64,000 bases of DNA, taken from the NCBI RefSeq assembly GCF_964355755.1, contig NC_092672.1, forward strand, positions 37,144,437 to 37,208,436, given 5' to 3'. This DNA is from Antedon mediterranea. Lineage: Eukaryota; Animalia; Echinodermata. Both the position numbers and the translations under genes were made by a program. Of the stretch, positions 13,076-27,250 are shown piece by piece; positions within the stretch are counted from its first letter, which is position 1, and each line of letters opens with the position of its first letter. The notes below the pieces were generated by a model. That model was given only the letters and a program-made list of their open reading frames with translations. It made no database searches and was not told where the DNA came from.

Positions 13076-14261
13076 GTCTTAGATATTATCTGTACAAATT
13101 GATGTATATATATATATATAGAAAAATATTATCATTATCGATCTATACTTTGGTATGCACGTGATTTACTGAACTAGATTGCGTTATCTACTTCATTTGA
13201 AGGCGGATGTTCGGTTATAACAACTGACGAATGAAATCAAAGATGTCAGAATACATTGCAAGTAATATACATTGTGCACACAAAACACATATATAGAGAA
13301 AAATAGTTAAAAACATGTACATTATTATATGCATATCGAGGTATGTGAACTGGCCTAAATAATGTATTCATCAAAACAATGCTACATTATGAAATAACAA
13401 TATACTGTAGGCCTACAAATGTTTGTTTAAATAATTATAGTAAAATCAATTAAATAGAGAATTATGGTTTACAGTACAGTAGTCTAAAATTCAATATCCC
13501 CCCACCCTCCATGGTGGGGCCTGTGGCGAAGCAAATTTGGTAAATGACACCCCTAGATGGTTGGAAATGGTACTCTCGTCCACATAAAATTCATGATAAA
13601 TTGAGCCTAATTGGCCCGGACATAACACTCCCATCTTTCTCACGACAGCAAAACTTTTGGTAAACACGAATGTGATAAAATTTGTTTGTGTTGTTCTTGT
13701 GTGTGTGTGGGAGGCGCAGATTGTTTGATTGTCACCTATAAATTACCTCACTGCTGAAAAAGTCAACATTAAATCGAAAGTACCACAAACCACAGAATTG
13801 ACCGCGTTGCAACTGAACATTTTCTCCGACGTTAATCGGTTATCTGATAATAATCACTTTTTAAAAATCATTACCCACAACGCAGTTCAAAATGTGTAAG
13901 GCTGATGAGTTGGTTTGTTTACATCCATTAGCCTATTCCTATCGCTTCCTAAACTATCACATGTAGGATTAAAAATGTAACTCTTCTGTAAAAGATATAA
14001 TATTAATGTAAACTCAATAGTAGTGCCGTCAATTGACTATAAACCCAATAATAGTCGGCGTTGGTACTCTATCTACTAGCCAGGCTACATATCTTTACCG
14101 AAAACGACAGGCCTAAAAAAGGACATGCAAACATAGTTAGCCTTTTTACTCCCCTGGAGTCTCTCGTTATAATTCTCCCCAACAAAATACAAACAATCAC
14201 ATCTCATCGGTCCACATCGTCGTTTTGCTGATCGTTGATTGCGCGATAGTTTCCATTGTAA

Positions 14262-14955
14262 TTCACATGTAAAACGGTCTCTTTATTTAAGTATTGTTCG
14301 TAGTTACCTTGAATACTGCTCTACTGTCTGGTCTCCCAATTACAAAACTTATATAAGACAACTTGAGGGAGTTCAGCGTAGAGCAACTAAATTTATTTTA
14401 AATAATTTTGAAGCTGATTACAAATGCAGACTTCAAACATGCAATTTACTACCATTATGTTATAGGCGTCACTTTACTGATATCGTTTTTCTCTTTAAGA
14501 TTTTCAATTCTAATATAATTAATACCGACAATTTATTTAATATTCACAATCCACAACGTGTTACTCGTAGCTCTTCTTCTGTTGGTACTCTTTTTGATAT
14601 TCGTCGCTGCAGAACTGAATCTTCTTTTCAACCATATATCCCACGTGTTACCAGAATTTGGAATAACTTACCCAGTGAAATCCGCAACTTAAATATTTCT
14701 GTTAGTTCTTTTAAAACCAATTTACTTAATTATCTCAATATTTATTTTTTGAATAATTTTGATATTGAAAATGTGTGTAGTTGGTCGCTTTCTTGTCGAT
14801 GCTTTTATTGTAGAACGTAATTTATTTATTTTTCTCTGTTCTGGGTTGACCAACTAGTTAGCACCTGTTTGGTCTTTCCGTGCCTCCTTTTGTAATTGTT
14901 TTGTCTTCTTATGTTTATGGCAGAAATTGAATAAATAAAAAAAAAATTAATAAAA
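14262..14955 (+). mobile_element. CR1-like LINE 3' fragment
   Basis: LYLSIVRSYLEYCSTVWSP...LEGVQRRATKFI...RIWNNLP...CSWSLSCRC (ORF 14239-14820), then AATAAA and an A-rich tail. Confidence 0.85.
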
Positions 14956-14969
14956 TAAACAGTAGGCTG

Positions 14970-17900
14970 GATGTAGGTTTAATGAAAATTTAAGAACATT
15001 GATCTGATGGAAAGATAAAACCAAGTTTTAAGATAATTGTTCCTTATTTTTATAAAAATTGTTGTACGTGAATACGTAATTGGCGCATTATGTAAACTCG
15101 TTTTTGTTCTTTTTTTATATATAGGTAAAGTGTATTGGGGGTTCAATTACATTTATCGTCCAAGACAGTTATACCTAAATATTTATACTGTGAAACTAGG
15201 CCTGTATTGATCTATCATCACCAATTTTAACAATTTTATGGGTTTTATCTTTCTAAAGTCAATGATTATTTCACATGATTTCAAAAGATTAGATAAGAAG
15301 GGATGTTAAGTTGTTTAAGTTTAGATAACAGGATGACATTGAAGGGTAGTAAATGCTGGTGAAAAGTCAATGAACAGAAGACAAGAGTATGTGCTCTTCT
15401 TATCTAGATGTTTCTGAATTGAATGGACAATGGTCGCGTTGTAGCATCCTCCAAGTGGCACCACGACGCGCCCTTATGCACACTGCATGTGATCCAACAG
15501 GCATTCCACAACAGGTTTAATCAAGAAATGAATAAAAAAACAAACACACACACGGGTGATCGACTACATAACCTCCTTGGCGAAGGAGGTTCAAAGCATA
15601 TCATTATCAATTATTAACTCTAGGCAAATTTGCGTGAAAAAAAACTTCAGGTACAACTTTAGCATTCCATTACATTTATTAACAAAATAAATACAATATT
15701 AAACTACAACAAGTGATACAATAGATAAACAGTATCCATGTTGAATACTTTATAACATATTAAAAATGTATTTAAAAAAAACATAACTATTGTTAAAATA
15801 AAAAATAGACTCTGGTAAAAAAGAATTTCGATATCGTGCGCTAGACGGATTCGTGGTACATAACAGTAGTCTAAAATCAGAAAGATTACAATTTTATATT
15901 GCACAAAAGGATAAAATACAAATTATTCATTGCATGATACCGTAATTGTAAAGTTTTCCAACTGTAGACAGAGCTTAAGATACACTGAGCAACATTCTAT
16001 ACAACCGAATCAATCGAATTTATTTGATACTTTGAGTGACTGAGACATACGGTAAAATAAATATAAAATGGTTTATCGACGTTAAAATAAGCTATCTGCC
16101 GGAGAAAGTATAATCTTCAGGTTGTTATTCGAGTTTGAAAAAATTAAAAATAGTAGTCTTTAATTATATCGTACTTTACCTTAATTAAAAGTATCGAATT
16201 CTATAATAACTAGTAACTGAAAGAAAATAATGTTTGTTTAAATGCGCAAATAAACAGCATGCTTTGAGTGCGTGACAAAGTGCGAGGTGCGCCGCCAAAT
16301 AATTTGTGCACCATTTTATCATTTCCTAAAGTGCGAGGCATATAGTTTACAATTATTGCGAGGCATATAGTTTACAATTATTGCGAGGCATATAGTTTAC
16401 AATTATTGCGAGGCATATAGTTTACAATTATTGCGAGGCATATAGTTTACAATTATTGCGAGGCATATAGTTTACAATTATTGCGAGGCATATAGTTTAC
16501 AATTATGGCGAGGCATATAGTTTACAATTATTGCGAGGCATATCGTGCTATGCTATAGGCCTAATAATCAATTGTAGGTTTTAATGGAAATTTTAAAACA
16601 TTGATCCGATGGAAAGATAGAACCATGAAAGAAATAAAACTGTATATTTCCTCCATAATAGAACCAAGTTTTAAGATAATTGTTCCTTATTTTTATAAAA
16701 ATTGCTCTGTACGTGAATACGTAATTGGCGCATTATGTAAACTCGTTTTTGTTCTTTTTTATATATAGGTAAAGTGTATTGGGGGTTCAATTACATTTAT
16801 CGTCCAAGACAGTTATACCTAAATATTTATACTGTGAAACTAGGCCTGTATTGATCTATCATCACCAATTTTAACAATGTTATGGGTTTTATCTTTCTAA
16901 AGTCAATGATTATTTCACATGATTTCAAAAGATTAGATAAGAAGGGATGTTAAGTTGTTTAAGTTTAGATAACAGGATATGACATTGAAGTGTAGTAAAT
17001 GCTGATGAAAAGTCAATCAACATAAGACAAGAGTATGTGCTCTTCTTATCTAGATGTTTCTGAATTGGATGGACAAGGGTCGCTGTAGCATCCTCCAAGT
17101 GGCACTACGATGCCCGTTATGCAAACTGCATGATTGTGATCCAACTGGCATTCCACTACAGGTTTAATCAAATAAGAAATGAATAAAAAAACAAACACAC
17201 ACACGGGTGATTGACTACATAACCTCCTTGGCGAAGGAGGTTCAAAGCATATCATTATCAATCATTAACTCTAGGCAAATTTGCGTGAAAAAAAAAGCTT
17301 CAGGTACAACTTTAGCATTCCATTACATTTATTAACAAAATAAATACAATATTAAACTACAACAAGTGATACAATAGATAAAAAGTATCCATGTTGAATA
17401 CTTTATAACATATTAAAAATTTATTTAAAAAAACATAACTATTGTTAAAATAAAAAATAGACTTGGGTAAAAAAGAATTTCGATATCGTGCGCTAGACGG
17501 ATTCGTGGTACATAACAGTAGTCTAAAACCAGAACGATTAACATTTTATATTGCACAAAAGGATAAAATACAAATTATTCATTGCATGATACCGTAATTG
17601 TAAAGTTTTCCAACTGTAGTCAATTCACTATCTAAAGATCTGTCTACACTATCAAAAAAGTATCATATGCATAAATATGGTAGTGACATGCTCATGGTAG
17701 TGATATGACATCATCATGTCCATTATATGGACACATCACATAAGTATAGACAGAGCCACATTCTATACAACCGAATCAATCGAATTTATTTGATACTTTG
17801 AGTGACTGAGACATACGGTAAAATAAATATAAAATGGTTTGTCGACGTTAAAATAAGCTATCTTCCAGAGAAAGTATAATCTTCAGGTTGTTATTCGAGT

Positions 17901-19570
17901 TTGAAATAATTAAAAATAATAGTCTTTAATTATATCGTACTTTACCTTAATTAAAGGTATCGAATTCTATAATATCTAGTAAACTGAAAGAAAATGTTTG
18001 TTTAAATGCGCAAATAAACAGCATGCTTTGAGTGCATGACAAAGTGCGAGGTGCGCCGCCAAATATTTGTGCACCATTTTATCATTTCCAAAAGTGCGAG
18101 GCATAATTACAATTATTACGAGGCATATCGTGCTATATATGCTATAGGCCTAATAATCAATTAGTAGGTTTTAATGGAAATTTTAAAACATTGATCCGAG
18201 GGGAAGATAGAACCATGGAGGAAATGAAACTGTATATTTCCTCCATGATAGAACCAAGTTTTAAGATAATTGTTCCTTATTTTTATAAAAATTGCTCTGT
18301 ACGTGAATACGGAATTGGCGCATTATGTAAACTCGTTTTTCTTCTTTTTAGGTAAAGTGTATTGGGGGTTCAATTAAGTTTATCGTTCAAGACAGTTATA
18401 CCTAAATATTTATTCTGTGAAACTAGGCCTGTATTGATCTATCATCACCAATTTTAACAATGTTATGGGTTTTATCTTTCTAAAGTCAATGATTATTTCA
18501 CATGATTTCAAAAGATTAGATAAGAAGGGATGTTAAGTTGTTTAAGTTTAGATAACAGGATATGACATTGAAGGGTAGTAAATGCTGATGAAAAGTCAAT
18601 CAACAAAAGACAAGAGTACGTGCTCTTCTTATATAGATGTTTCTGAATTGAATGGACAATGGTCGCTGTAGCATCCTCCAAGTGGCACCACGACGCGCCC
18701 TTATGCACACTGCATGTGATCCAACAGGCATTCCACAACAGGTTTAATCAAATAAGAAATAAGTAATCCTGCTAACAAACACACGCACGATGAACTACAT
18801 AACCTCCTTGGCGGAGGTAATACATCGTTCAAAGCATTTCATAATCAATGCTTAAATTTGCATGAAAAAGAAAAGCTTCGAGTACAACTTTATCATTCCA
18901 TTACATTTATTAACAAACATACATACAATATTAAATGACAACAAGTGATAAGATAGATAAAAAGTATGTTGAATTCTTTATAAAATATTAAAAAATTGAA
19001 AAAAAAACATGTTTTAAAAAACATACTATTGTTAAAATTAAAAATAGACTCGGATAAAAAGAATTTTGATATCATGCGCTAGACGGATTCGTGGTACATA
19101 ACAGTAGTCTAAAACCAGAACGAGGAGGAGAAAACACAAATTACTCATTGCATGATACCGTGATTGTAAGGTGTTTCAACTGTAGTCAATTCACTACCTA
19201 AAGATCTGTCTACACTATCAAAAAGTATAATGTGCCTAAATATGGTAGTGACATGCTCAATTGTGGTAGTGATATGACACCATCATGTCCATTATGGGCA
19301 CATCACATTAGTGTAGACAGAGCACATTCTATACAACCCGTTCGAATTTATTTTTGATACTTTGAGTGACTGAGACATAAAATAAATATAAAATGGTTTG
19401 TCGACGTTAAAATATGCTAGCTTCCGGAGAAAGTATAGGCCTAATCTTATTATTCTAGTTTGAAATAATTAAAAATAATAGTCTATAATATATCGTAGGC
19501 CTACTTTACCTTAATTAAAGGTATCGAATTCTATAATATCGGTAACTGAAAGAAAATAATGTTTGTTTAG
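14970..19570. repeat. Tandem triplication of a ~1.4-1.6 kb unit
   Basis: Near-identical units start at ~14970, ~16575 and ~18165. Each carries a minus-strand RT fragment (LLIDFSSAFxTLQ), a HINE-like end (ACCTCCTTGGCGGAGGT or variant) and a decayed linker micro-exon. Confidence 0.9.
16332..16542. repeat. 25-bp minisatellite (~8 copies)
   Basis: TGCGAGGCATATAGTTTACAATTAT repeated head to tail. Only ~1.5 diverged copies occur at the equivalent site of the second unit (~18095). Confidence 0.95.
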
Positions 19571-20116
19571 TGTTGTATGTATTTCCATGCTGTGATATTT
19601 ACCGGTATTGTAATCTTTCTTATTATTTACCCCAAATTAGAAATCTAAGGGGAAAAACTTGGCTTGCAGGGGAAAAAATGGTTGACATAGCCTCCGTAAA
19701 CAAAGCAAATATTATTGCAAAGAAACTCGTCTCGAATTACAGCTACTAAGAGATACTGAATAAGTAAGTCCTGCAAAAACTAATCTCCAATAATGTGAGT
19801 TTATAGTAAAAGAAAATACAAATATAAACAAATGTATTATACAGAAAGTGACAGTTTAAAACGAGTGCGACAATATTACGTCATGTTAATTCATTGTGCG
19901 CATGCGGAGATATTTGGACGGGTTTCTTCGCTCACCTCGACACAGTTTGATTGTTTCTACGTCCGTCGTGTGACGACCGGCCGACGACGCATCGATTGAC
20001 TAGCACGAATATGATGAACATGTGTTATTATTAATTCGTTTTATTAATTTGCTTCCAAAGAACAAATCAGAACAATATCACTTGGACTGTTGTCGTAATA
20101 CCCGCGTAAGTTAGTT

Positions 20117-20705
20117 CAGGGCCGTAGCCAGGATCTGTCAAGGGGGGTTCGGACACTAATGAGCAAAAAGATCGTACTTTTTTCCTCCTTCTCAAACACG
20201 TCGATAATTTAAAGGACGATAACTATTTGTTGCCGTATGTTAGATGCGCGTGCTCTGTGCGGAACCGCCGATTGTTTGATCATTTACTCCGTATTTTGTT
20301 TTGCGTTCAAGTTCAATGCGAACGTACATCTAGGAGCAGCCCCGAAAAAAGCACACTGGTTGAAGGCAAATGCTATTTGCCAGCTCTATCTATAATATTT
20401 ATTTACAGCAATTTGTTGTGGAATATAAATATGTAAATAGGTGATATTGATACATTTTAGTACGTATCGGCTGGTGGTCTAGAAAAAAATAATCGGATGC
20501 CATAATGTGAACTACAGTAGGCCTACTTGATACCATAGATATTATAGTGTAAAATATTAATATTAACTATAATCCTCTATGATACATACTTCATAGTCAC
20601 ACATGAGGGGGATGAGGGTTCACAGTCGGTTAAGGGGGGTTCGCTGTAAAGGGGGGGAGGGGGTTCGCCCGAACCATAAACCCCCCCCCCCTGGCTACGG
20701 GCCTG
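20117..20705. mobile_element. hAT-like MITE
   Basis: 16-bp TIRs CAGGGCCGTAGCCAGG / CCTGGCTACGGGCCTG, with imperfect AGTTAGT-containing flanks. Confidence 0.7.
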
Positions 20706-21779
20706 TAGTTAGTAGTAGTACTGTAGTAGCCTGAACAAACATAATAATACAGTACTTTAATTTTCTTGATTGTATCAAACTGAATTAACTGAGATTCACA
20801 ATATTCATACGTCAAAGACAGTAAAATATTAGCCAAATTATAATTCAATTTAACTTAATTTACTAAACTTACAAAAGTTTTTCTATTTTTATTTCAAAAC
20901 AACGATGGTATTCGCTTGGATTATGTGTATGCGGTATACGTGGTGATCTCAGCAAAGAATAATTAAACAATCCGCAATTTTCGCATTGGAAATTTGTATA
21001 ACTTTCTTTAACAGGGCATGGATACCCGCCCTCACACGAACGGATGTATACAGACTAAAGAAGACTTGATTTAAATATAATGATAATATATTTTGCAATT
21101 ATAAAACATTTTATAAAACATATTCAATAACGAACTGTTGTACATTCACTTCTACATTAAATTATTTACCACCATGGAAAATTAGTTCACAAAGAAATGC
21201 CAAACAGCAACAACAAAAATCAACGAAGTGTTACCAACATGGTCGATTCTTTGCCATTGTCACCGCGCACCAGTCTACGCCCGGTAAATTAAGTAATGTT
21301 TTTATAACTTAGTATAAAATAGATGTTATGTATGAGATAGAATGATAAATTTTATTAATATGTAGGCCTCTTTGTTTCTACCTGAAACAAGTTAAATATT
21401 GAAATATTATTAAACTATCATTCGTGTTGAAAACGCGTCAACAACACGCCCGCTAGAGCGCCCTGTAGTGTTGACGCGAACTGCTATTCAGCAGTTTGTT
21501 ACTAAATAAATTGCATAAATGAACAATTACAAATAGCATGTACCATGATGTTAGCATGTGCTGATAACATCATAAACATTTTACTGATGGTCCTTGCTTA
21601 GATCAGTGTGACCGTCACAAAAAGTTATATACATCCCGACGTAATGCGGCGCCCTACCTACCTACCAAACAAACCCAATTGCAAACATAAATTAATAAGT
21701 TGGGATAGATATATTATAGTGAAATCAAATTCTATTAGTTTCAAATTAAAAAGGTTGAAACGAAGAATGTTGGGCGATG

Positions 21780-22370
21780 CAAGTTTAAGAATTTACTTTT
21801 TCAAATAGGTATTGGATGTTTGGATGGCACAGCATGTAGAAGATCATAATTATTTTATTAGAGAATTTGAATTACGGCTACAGGATATTGAAAGGCAAAA
21901 TTATCGAGGATCGAGTTAAACTTTCTCCAAGGTTGAAATATTACAAAGAAATTAAAACCAATTTTAAATTAGAAGATTTTCACATTTATATTTATTTTAT
22001 ATTTATATTTATATTTATATTGACTAAATTAGGAATGTTAGATCTTGAAAACGAAGGGAAGATTGTCAGGAATTGAAAGGTAAAAAACATATCTGTAAAG
22101 TTTGCGAATGCAACGACGTAGAAAATTAATATCATTTTGTTTTAGAATGTCCATACTACAAAGAAATTAGACTTTTTTTAAACCTAATTAATTAATTTTA
22201 CTAATGCAAAAAAAAAAAAGTTATTTATTTTCCGTCACATTCAAATTGTTGTTTTGTTTGATGGTTTTAACTGTGTTTTTTTAATTGCTATTTATATATT
22301 TGTTCTCTCATAAGCCAGAATTGGCTGGTCTTGTAAACAAGACTGTGATTAAATAAATAAAATAGATTTA
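21780..22370 (+). mobile_element. Degraded non-LTR retrotransposon 3' end
   Basis: LKYYKEIKTNFKLE...LENEGK...ICKVCECNDVENxYHFVLECPYYKEIR (LINE C-terminal Cys/His motif) and an AATAAA tail. Confidence 0.7.
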
Positions 22371-22624
22371 ACAGCAAAAAAATAACTATTTTGCTGGTAC
22401 TTACTACTCAAATTTAAATATTATTATCATATATTATTTATCATATTTTTCATACTACAGTATATTGAATAATTAATATCTCTATGGTCATTAAACTCAA
22501 AGCTTAGACTTAAACAATTTTAACAAACTTCCCTTTCTTGTTTAATGCTTGTAACTTTTTTTTATTGCTATGTTTCGAGTATGAAAATATGTTTGATGAT
22601 TAATAACAGTGTTTAACATTTCAT

Positions 22625-22726
22625 CTAATTATCAGGTGATCATGGTCCACAAGATGGGAACCCTTGTGGCGGATCTGGAATTTCATCTTTTTCACCGACT
22701 TGAACAACAATTGCCATTCCATATTC
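22625..22726 (-). pseudogene. Laccase/multicopper-oxidase C-terminal relic
   Basis: Translates EYGMAIVVQVGEKDEIPDPPQGFPSCGP*SPDN*, matching the GMxxVxQVG...PxPPxxFPxCG tail of animal laccases. Weaker decayed matches occur at ~24262-24390 and ~28340-28490. Confidence 0.65.
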
Positions 22727-24258
22727 ATAGTAAGTATCTCTTCCCTTACCCTAAAAACGTTCATTTTCCTCAAACAGTACAGTCTAGTATTTAATTTTTT
22801 AATTAGTTGATCTACATGCTCTCCCCATGATAAATTATTGTCATACGTTACCCCAAGATACTTATATGTTTTAACGATTTCTACCTCATGTCCTTTAATC
22901 TGGACAGGCTCAATTTCCCTTCTTTTTTTTACGGCGGAAATCTATTCGCATTTCTTTGGTTTTTGCTACATTAAGTTCCAGGAAATTTTCATCACAGTAT
23001 TTCGTAAACCTAACTATTTCAGATTTGAAATTTGTATCGTCATCCTCTTTTATTAAACCTATCATAGCAGAATCATCTGCAAATTTAATTACTGGACAGT
23101 CCGGGAATCTAGGTTGGAAATCTGACGTATACAATGTGAACAAAAACGGTGCAAGTACAGTACCTTGTGGTGCTCCCGTATTTGTCCGAATAATGTCCGA
23201 TCTGACATTTTGATTTAGCCTAACAAACTGGAGACGTCCAACGAGGAAGTTAAAAACGAACGAAATTAGTAAATTGGGGATATTCATGCCGAACAACTTA
23301 TTAATTAAAATGTGTGGTTGGATGGTATTAAAAGCTGAACTAAAGTCGAAGTACATAATCCTAACAGACGGGGATGTTCTCCAATTGTCAAGATGGGCAT
23401 ACATTTTTTCATTTTTGTATATTAATGCGTCTTCAGTGTTCCTGTTTCTCCGATAAGCGAACTGATGTGGGTCCAAAAAATCTGCAACTAATGGTTTCAG
23501 GCTTTTTAGAACAATCTTTTCACAGACTTTCATTGGGACGGATGTTAGCGCAACAGGTCTAAGATCGTTATAACACTGTATATTTTGTCGTTTAGGGATT
23601 GGGATGATGCATGACGTTTTCCAGGATTCTGGCAAGGTTTGTGTTTCAAAAATCAAGTTAAAAATATATACAAAAATATCTGCCAATTGGGTTGCGCATA
23701 ATTTAAGAACTTTGGGTAGAATTTGGTCTGATCCAGCTGATTTGGATGCTTTCAGACCTTTAAAGTGGCTGGTAACTTCATCCGCATTTGTCTTAAGGTC
23801 AAAACCACTTTCATCTGGTAAGGCCAACCTACTTTTGATTAAGATCTGTTCATCAGAAAAATTATAGCGATCGAACCTATTAAAAAAAGTATTTAATTCA
23901 TTAGCATATTGTTTAGTCAAATTTGACACAATTCCACTTCCTTGTGGCGATTTTGCATATCCGCTCATTTGCCTCATTCCCCTCCAAACCTTACTCATAT
24001 CATTACCTACAAAATGTTCTTCTATTTCACGTTTGTACTTTAGTTTACTTTTACGTATTACTCGTTTAAGTTCCTTTTGGATTTTATTTAGTTCATTTAC
24101 ATCACCTCGATCGAAGGCCTGTCTCTTTTTCTTAATAACATCTGTCACCTCCCTATTTATCCATGGTTTACGGTTTCCGTAAATTTTTACTTTCCTTTTT
24201 GGTATTACATTTTCAGTACAAAAGTTAATATATGCACTGACCGCTTCCGTTACCTCGT
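22727..24258 (-). mobile_element. Rex1/Babar-like LINE reverse-transcriptase fragment
   Basis: ORF 22910-24148 contains NDLRPVALTS, DPHQFAYR, YFDFSSAFNTIQP, GAPQGTVLAPFLFTLYT, KFADDSA and LNVAKTKEMRIDFR. It continues after a frameshift as YKYLGV...LSWGEH...RLYCLRKM. Confidence 0.9.
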
Positions 24259-24589
24259 TATTCTAGTGGAAATCGTGGTATGCCAACTGTAAAATTTAAA
24301 TGAAGCAAGTGTTCCACTAAATTAGCAGCTATAGAAACGGTTGCCTATATCCTGCTATAACATAGCAAGTGTAGCAATTTACCAAGAAAGGAAAGATGTA
24401 AAAAATATGTTTTACTCTTTATTTTATTTTCTGACTTTGTGTCCATGGTTCAAGAAATGAAAGACGATAAACCACATTTGTGTTTGTATTCATCACCCGA
24501 GATCCTTAAACATTTGTGCTCAATAATCTACCAAGACAGGCCCAGCTACTATAGTATAAATATATTGTTTATACCTACATGACTTACTG

Positions 24590-27250
24590 TACATAAATGG
24601 TTACTATAGCATAATAAACATGCGCAGAGTCGAATAATGAGTTCTGCGCATGTCGGTTATGCTATATTAACCAGTTTTTTATAAAAATTAAATGGTCGAA
24701 AATTATTTTTACATATAAATGGTTACTATAGCATAATAAACATGCGCAGAGTCGAATAATGGGTTCTGCGCATGTTTATTATGCTATAGTAACCAGTTAT
24801 ATCGAAAAATAAAAATGTCGAAATTTTGCAATTTTTGAAAAAAATCCCTGTTTTGTGCTCAATGATCTACCAAGACAGGCCCAGCTACTATAGTATAAAT
24901 ATATTGTTTATACCTACATGACTTACTGTACATAAATGGTTACTATAGCATAATAAACATGCGCAGAGTCGAATAATGGGAAATTTTCGTAAAAAAGGCC
25001 GATTTTCGACCCTTTTATTTTTAGACATAAATAGTTAATATAACATAATAAACATGCGCAGAGTCGAATAATGGGTTCTGCGCATGTATATTATGCTATA
25101 GTAACCAGTTATATCGAAAAATAAAAAGGTTGAAATTTTGTAATTTTTGGAAAAAATCCCTGTACTATTATAGTACAGGGAATTTTTCGAAAAATGGCTA
25201 ATTTCGACCCTTTCATTTTTAGACATAAATAGTTACTATAGCATAATAAACATGCGTAGAGTCGAATAATGGGTTCTGCGCATGTCGATTATGCTATATT
25301 AAACAGTTATTTCGAAAAATAAATTAGTCGAATATTATTTTTAGACATAGGCCTAAATGATTACTATAGCATAATAAACATGCGCAGAGTCGAATAATGG
25401 GTTCTGCGCATGTCGATTATGCTATATTAAACAGTTATTTCGAAAAATAAATTAGTCGAATATTATTTTTAGACATAAATGGTTACTATAGAATAATAAA
25501 CATGCGCAGAGTAGAATAATGAGTTCTACGCATGTCTATTATGCTATAGTAACCAGTTATATCGAAAAATAAAAAGGTCGAAATTTTGAAATTTTTTGAA
25601 AAAATCTCTGTACTATAGTTTCGCATGGCGATTATGCTATATTAATAAACAGTTATTTCGAAAAATAAATTATTCGAATATTATTTTTAGACATAAATGG
25701 TTACTATAGCATAATAAACATGCGCAGAGTCGAATAATGAGTTCTACGCATGTCTATTATGCTATAGTAACCAGTTATATCGAAAAATAAAAAGGTCGAA
25801 ATTTTATAAATTTTTGGAAAAATCTCTGTACTATAGTACAGGGAATTTTTCGAAAATTACCAATTTTCGACCCTTTTATTTTAGACATAAATGGTTACTA
25901 TAGAATAATAAACATGCGCATGTCTATTATGCTATAATAACCAGTTATATCGAAAAATAAAAAGGTCGAAATTTTATAAATTTTTGGAAAAATCTCTGTA
26001 CTATAGTACAGGGAATTTTTCGAAAATTGCCAATTTTCGACCCTTTCATTTTTAGACATAAATGGTTACTATAGAATAATAAACATGCGCATGTCTATTA
26101 TGCTATAATAACCAGTTATATCGAAAAATAAAAAGGTCGAAATTTTATAAATTTTTGGAAAAATCTCTGTACTATAGTACAGAGAATTTTTCGAAAATTA
26201 CCAATTTTCGACCCTTTTATTTTAGACATAAATGGTTACTATAGCATAATAAACATGCGCAGAGTCGAATAATAGGTTCTGCGCATGTCGATTATGCTAT
26301 ATTAACCAGTTATTTCGAAAAATAAATTAGTCGAATATTATTTTTAGACAAAAATGGTTACTATAGCATAATAAACATGCGAAGAGTCGAATAATTGGTT
26401 CTGCGCATGTCTATTATGCTATAGTAACCAGTTATATCGAAAAATAAAAAGGTAGAAATTTTGAAATTTTTGGAAAAAATCCCTGTACTATAGTACAGGA
26501 AATTTCTCGAAAAATGACCAATTTTCGACCCTTTCATTTTTAGAGATAAATAGTTACGATAGCATAATAAACATGCGTAGAGTCGAATAATGGGTTCTGC
26601 GCATGTCGATTATGCTATATTCAATTCAATTCACATTTATTTACTCATCGTTTATAAATACAGTTTCATAGCATAAATGATGGCAAGGATCCTGCATAGA
26701 GAAGTTTACACTTCTGTTTTCGCAGGACCCTTTTACATAAAAAACATAAAACAATAAACACAACATAATAGATACAAAATAAAAAAAAACCATTTCCTAT
26801 ATACATTTTAGAGTTGTTCATCATCAAAAAGCGATACTGTTTATATTAAACAGTTATTTCGAAAAATAAATTAGTCGAATATTATTTTTAGACATAAATG
26901 GTTACTATAGCATAATAAACATGCGCAGAGTCGAATAATGGGTTCTGCGCATGTCTATTATGTAATAGTAACCAGTTATATCGAAAAATAAAAACGTCGA
27001 CATTTTGAAATTTTTGGAAAAAATCCCTGTACTATAGTTTCGCATGTCGATTATGCTATATTAAACAGTTATTTCGAAAAATAAATTAGTCGAATATTAT
27101 TTTTAGACATAAATGGTTACTATAGAATAATAAACATGCGCAGAGTCGAATAATGGGTTCTGCGCATGTATATTATGATATAGTAACCAGTTATATCGAA
27201 AAATAAAAAGGTCGAAATTTGGAAAAAATTCCTATACTATTAGTTCAGGG
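24590..27250. repeat. Complex satellite of ~15 palindromic (hairpin) units
   Basis: Unit AAATGGTTACTATAGCATAATAAACATGCGCAGA-GTCGAATAATGGGT-TCTGCGCATGTCGATTATGCTATATTAACCAGTT, separated by two recurrent spacer types (~40 and ~110 bp). Confidence 0.9.

Noticed and set aside
16332-16542. 25-bp direct repeats as a CRISPR array
   Set aside because: The repeats are head to tail with no spacers; this is a simple minisatellite.
24590-27250. CRISPR-like array of palindromic repeats
   Set aside because: The spacers are themselves repeated rather than unique, the repeats are ~80 bp, there are no cas genes, and the DNA is eukaryotic.
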